Made by a program: the position numbers and the translations under genes. A model generated the notes under the pieces. That model ran no database searches and was not told the DNA's origin. It saw nothing but the letters and a program-made list of their open reading frames with translations. A stretch of DNA of 64,000 nt, from positions 114,975-178,974 of the forward strand of contig CBFGKC010000006.1 in the NCBI GenBank assembly GCA_965649265.1, read 5' to 3'. Positions 60,994 to 64,000 of this stretch are shown here, one piece after another (the first letter of the stretch is position 1; each line of letters opens with the position of its first letter). The DNA is from a candidate division WOR-3 bacterium (GTDB lineage Bacteria > Hydrothermota > Tepidihabitantia > B3-TA06).

Positions 60994-61326
60994 TTGAAGC
61001 GACAACACGTATATCTGATAGTTTGGGGAGTGTTTCTTATCAGTCTTTCGCTGATTCCGGGAAGGATATCGATTGTCAATAAGTTTCCCATGGACAAGGT
61101 GCTTCACTTTTTCGCCTTCAGTTATCTGGGTTTTCTTTCAGGACGTTCTTTGGGTTGGTGGGGTGTTTTAGTCGTTCTGGTTTTCGGTGTGGGAAATGAA
61201 TTTTTGCAGTATTTGACTCCGGGGAGGAATGTGGCTTTTTTTGATATAGCGTCAAACGAACTCGGTATAATTGTCGGGTTTATTATCGGATACGCCAGAA
61301 GGAAACGTGCGGTTTCAGAGAGTTAA
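60994..61326 (+). CDS. VanZ-like membrane protein
   Basis: 110 aa, 3-4 TM. ...DKVLHFFAFSYLGFL...GNEFLQYLTPGRNVAFFDIASNELGIIVG matches the VanZ-like pattern. TTG start. Confidence 0.6.
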   Translation: MKRQHVYLIVWGVFLISLSLIPGRISIVNKFPMDKVLHFFAFSYLGFLSGRSLGWWGVLVVLVFGVGNEFLQYLTPGRNVAFFDIASNELGIIVGFIIGYARRKRAVSES

Positions 61327-62596
61327 GGGCACGCGCGACGTGCTCCCACTGGAGATGATGGCTCGCAAAGAGCTTGAGGAAATCGCTTTCGCGCATTTTT
61401 CGAAAGCGGGTATCCTGCCTGTTCTTACTCCCACATTTGAAGCCTACGAGATGTATGAACGCTCAACGGGCGAATCCTCCGATATAGTTATAAAAGAGAT
61501 GTACAAGTTCAGGGATATGGGTGACCGTGAATTGGCCCTGCGACCAGAGGGAACACCATCCATCATCCGCGCGGTCCTCGAGAATAATATCAAATTGCCG
61601 GCGCGTCTCTGGTATATGATGCCCATGTTCAGGCAGGATAAGCCGCAAAAAGGCCGCTATCGTGAGCATACCCAGATCGGCGTCGAAATAATCGGAGAAG
61701 CCGAGCCTGAGACCGATGTCGAACTCATAAAACTCGGTTTCGATCTTTTCACCAATATCGGTATGGATGGTCTCTATCTCGAACTCAACTCGATCGGCTG
61801 CAGGGAATGCAGAACTTTGTATATGAAAGAATTGAACTCCTTCCTTTCCCTGCATCGCGATAAACTTTGCTCGGATTGTAAGGTTCGCATGGAACGTAAC
61901 GCCCTGAGGGTTTTCGACTGCAAGGTGCCGAATTGTCAGGAGATTTTAAAAGATGCGCCTTCTCAATCGTCGTATCTTTGCCCGGAATGCTCCGTCCATT
62001 TCTCCAGGGTCAAGGAAGGACTTGTATACTTCAATATCCCATTCAAGGAGAACCCGAGGCTGGTGCGTGGACTTGACTACTATTCACGAACGGTCATTGA
62101 ATTCAAATCCTCGTCCCTTGGCGCACAGGATACGGTGTGCGGAGGAGGTCGTTATGATTACCTCATGGAAGAGATGGGCGGCCCGCCAACTCCCGGTGTA
62201 GGATTCGCATTCGGAGTCGAGCGTGCTCTTCTTGCCTCAAAAGGGGAGGAGGTGCTTGAATATTCAGGAGCATCAATTCCGCTTGTTCTGCTTCCTCTCG
62301 GAGAGAAAGCACGGTCTGCCTCTTGCGGGTACGTTTTTAAACTCAGGGAATCAGGTATAACGTCTCTCGTCGAGTACCGGTCAGGGAACCTTTCAAAACA
62401 GCTCAAGCGAGCTTCCTCTCGGAATGCCTTAAGGGTTCTCATTATCGGCGATGACGAGTTGGCCTCGGGCAAACTAATTTTGAGAGACATGAAAACGGGA
62501 GAGCAAAGGGAAGTAACCTTGGAGGAGCTTTGCATGATACAAGAACTTAAGACACCCGCTTTTTTGTTGACAAGCGGTGATAATTCAATAACATAA
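61307..62596 (+). CDS. hisS: Histidine--tRNA ligase
   Basis: GTG 61307 gives MRFQRVKGTRDVLP... (track starts at 61271). ...ALRPEGTPSIIRAV..., ...YMMPMFRQDKPQKGRYREHTQ..., ...GGGRYD... class II motifs. Confidence 0.9.
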   Translation: MRFQRVKGTRDVLPLEMMARKELEEIAFAHFSKAGILPVLTPTFEAYEMYERSTGESSDIVIKEMYKFRDMGDRELALRPEGTPSIIRAVLENNIKLPARLWYMMPMFRQDKPQKGRYREHTQIGVEIIGEAEPETDVELIKLGFDLFTNIGMDGLYLELNSIGCRECRTLYMKELNSFLSLHRDKLCSDCKVRMERNALRVFDCKVPNCQEILKDAPSQSSYLCPECSVHFSRVKEGLVYFNIPFKENPRLVRGLDYYSRTVIEFKSSSLGAQDTVCGGGRYDYLMEEMGGPPTPGVGFAFGVERALLASKGEEVLEYSGASIPLVLLPLGEKARSASCGYVFKLRESGITSLVEYRSGNLSKQLKRASSRNALRVLIIGDDELASGKLILRDMKTGEQREVTLEELCMIQELKTPAFLLTSGDNSIT

Positions 62597-62599
62597 AGA

Positions 62600-63355
62600 A
62601 TGCGAAGGATTGCCATAGTCAATCAAAAGGGCGGAGTCGGTAAGACTACCACGGCAATAAACCTTTCGGCGGCCCTGGCAGTAGCGGAGAAGCGGGTATT
62701 GCTTATTGATGTTGATGCCCAGGCGAACGCCACTTCGGGACTCGGTCTTGAAAATCGCGAATCCAACCACTCCACATACGAGATTTTCATTAATCCTTCC
62801 AACATCAAGGAGACTATCCGCGCGACCTCCGTTAAATATCTGGATGCGGTGCCTGCATCCCTGGATCTTGCAGGTCTTGAGATTGAACTCATCGATACGG
62901 AGGGCAGGGAGTCTAGACTTCGACAGGCAATGTCTTACATTGATTCGTACGATTACGTTATAATGGACGCCCCCCCCTCCCTCGGTCTCCTGACGCTTAA
63001 CGCTCTTGTTGCCGCAGACAGTGTTCTCATTCCGGTTCAGTGCGAATACTATTCCCTTGAGGGCATAAGCAAGCTCACTGATACTCTTAACAGGGTAAGG
63101 AGCTTTCTTAATCCGTCCCTCGAAATTTTCGGAGTCCTCCTGACCATGTATGACCCAAGAACGAATCTGGCCGATCAGGTTGCGGAGGAGATTAGAAAAC
63201 ATTTCCCTGAAAAAGTTTTCAGGGCGATGATTCCGCGAAACGTGCGTCTTGCCGAAGCGCCCAGTTTCGGCCAGACCATTCTTCATTACGACATCAATTC
63301 CCGCGGCGCCCAGGCTTACCTTGAGCTTGCGAGCGAGGTGATGGCTCGTGGCTAG
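62600..63355 (+). CDS. parA: Chromosome partitioning ATPase ParA/Soj
   Basis: MRRIAIVNQKGGVGKTTTAINLSAALA (deviant Walker A). ...YVIMDAPPSLG... 251 aa. Confidence 0.9.
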   Translation: MRRIAIVNQKGGVGKTTTAINLSAALAVAEKRVLLIDVDAQANATSGLGLENRESNHSTYEIFINPSNIKETIRATSVKYLDAVPASLDLAGLEIELIDTEGRESRLRQAMSYIDSYDYVIMDAPPSLGLLTLNALVAADSVLIPVQCEYYSLEGISKLTDTLNRVRSFLNPSLEIFGVLLTMYDPRTNLADQVAEEIRKHFPEKVFRAMIPRNVRLAEAPSFGQTILHYDINSRGAQAYLELASEVMARG

Positions 63356-64000
63356 GAAAGCGCTGGGCAAAGGTATCGACGCGCTTATTCCGGCGTCAAC
63401 GGTCGAGGATAAAGGTTCCTTCATTACCATACCTGTGACCTTGATAGCCGAGAATCCATATCAGCCGCGAAAGGTCACAGGCCAGGAGGTTCAGGATCTT
63501 GCTTCCTCTATAAAGGAACACGGATTGCTGCAGCCTATAGTGGTCCGTCGACACGGCGCAGGCTACCAGCTTGTCGCAGGTTCGCGTCGTCTCAAGGCTT
63601 CCCAGCTGGCAGGCCTTAAGGAAGTGCCTGTAATCATTCGCGAGGCGGATGATCGCCAGATGTTAGCCCTGGCACTCGTTGAGAATCTCCAGCGTGAGAA
63701 TCTTAATCCGATAGAATCTGCACTTGCATACAAAGAACTCAGCGAGGCGTTCGGGATGACCCAGGAAGATATATCAAGGGTCGTTGGAAAGGATCGTTCT
63801 ACGATCGCCAACACGCTGCGCCTTCTCTCCCTGCCTCGCAAAGCCAGGCTTTATCTTGAGGAAGAAAAGATATCCGAGGGCCATGCAAGGGCACTGCTCC
63901 AGATAGCCTCACTTTCACTCGTTGAAAAGATATGCGACAGGATATTAAACGAGGGACTTACTGTACGTGCCGTCGAAAAAATGGCCCAGGCATCTAAGAA
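63348..64000 (+). CDS. parB: Chromosome partitioning protein ParB/Spo0J, C-terminal part off-window
   Basis: Not in the track (truncated by the window edge). My translation from GTG 63348 gives MARKALGKGIDALIP...NPYQPRK...HGLLQPIVVR...YQLVAGSRRLKAS...ALVENLQRENLNPIE...TQEDISRVVGKDRSTIANTLRLL. Overlaps the parA stop by 8 nt. Confidence 0.85.
   Translation, partial: MARKALGKGIDALIPASTVEDKGSFITIPVTLIAENPYQPRKVTGQEVQDLASSIKEHGLLQPIVVRRHGAGYQLVAGSRRLKASQLAGLKEVPVIIREADDRQMLALALVENLQRENLNPIESALAYKELSEAFGMTQEDISRVVGKDRSTIANTLRLLSLPRKARLYLEEEKISEGHARALLQIASLSLVEKICDRILNEGLTVRAVEKMAQASK

Noticed and set aside
62585-63430. 281-aa minus-strand ORF
   Set aside because: Antisense to parA, which has a textbook KGGVGKTT Walker box. 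Shadow ORF.

Overview
This 64-kb chromosomal window looks like it comes from an uncultivated bacterium. By eye I found no rRNA, tRNA, CRISPR array, transposase or integrase. I call about 60 CDSs. Housekeeping genes: nnr, rsmA, a TatD-family hydrolase, a CsaA-like tRNA-binding protein, a NUDIX hydrolase, polA, a sugar-1-phosphate nucleotidyltransferase, a BtuFCD/Fec-type ABC importer, a V/A-type ATPase block (C-F-A-B-D), hisS, and parA-parB (parB runs off the window). Accessory genes: at least 10 secreted repeat proteins with T9SS-type C-terminal sorting domains (BNR/Asp-box, SBBP-like, an unassigned ~50-aa repeat family, a 19-aa Gly/Tyr/Asn repeat protein, DUF2341/LamG-like). There are also two PQQ-like propeller proteins, putative outer-membrane barrels and a TonB-C protein. 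The stand-out is a minus-strand operon at 15089-23086. It holds 12 tandem paralogs of a ~180-aa protein family I do not recognise. Each paralog has a conserved ~30-aa segment before the signal peptide, then a signal/anchor helix, an invariant Cys-Tyr, a PNPT-x-GADSV Ig-like ectodomain and an acidic tail. The operon ends, with tight translational coupling, in a radical SAM/SPASM enzyme. This could be a multi-substrate protein-modification or surface-diversification cassette. Other signals seen directly in the sequence: (1) near-consensus TTGACA-N16/17-TATAAT promoters, 9 of about 17 with an ATG 4-9 nt after the -10 (leaderless genes and mini-ORFs); (2) C-rich 10-15 bp minisatellites (CCGTAACAC, CCTCAGA), the CCGTAACAC arrays starting within 8 nt of stop codons and one read into atpB; (3) a 40-bp hairpin tandem repeat; (4) phased 11-bp T-tract arrays; (5) strong over-representation of GGGGGAGGGGG. 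All functional calls rest on motifs read by eye; no database search was run.
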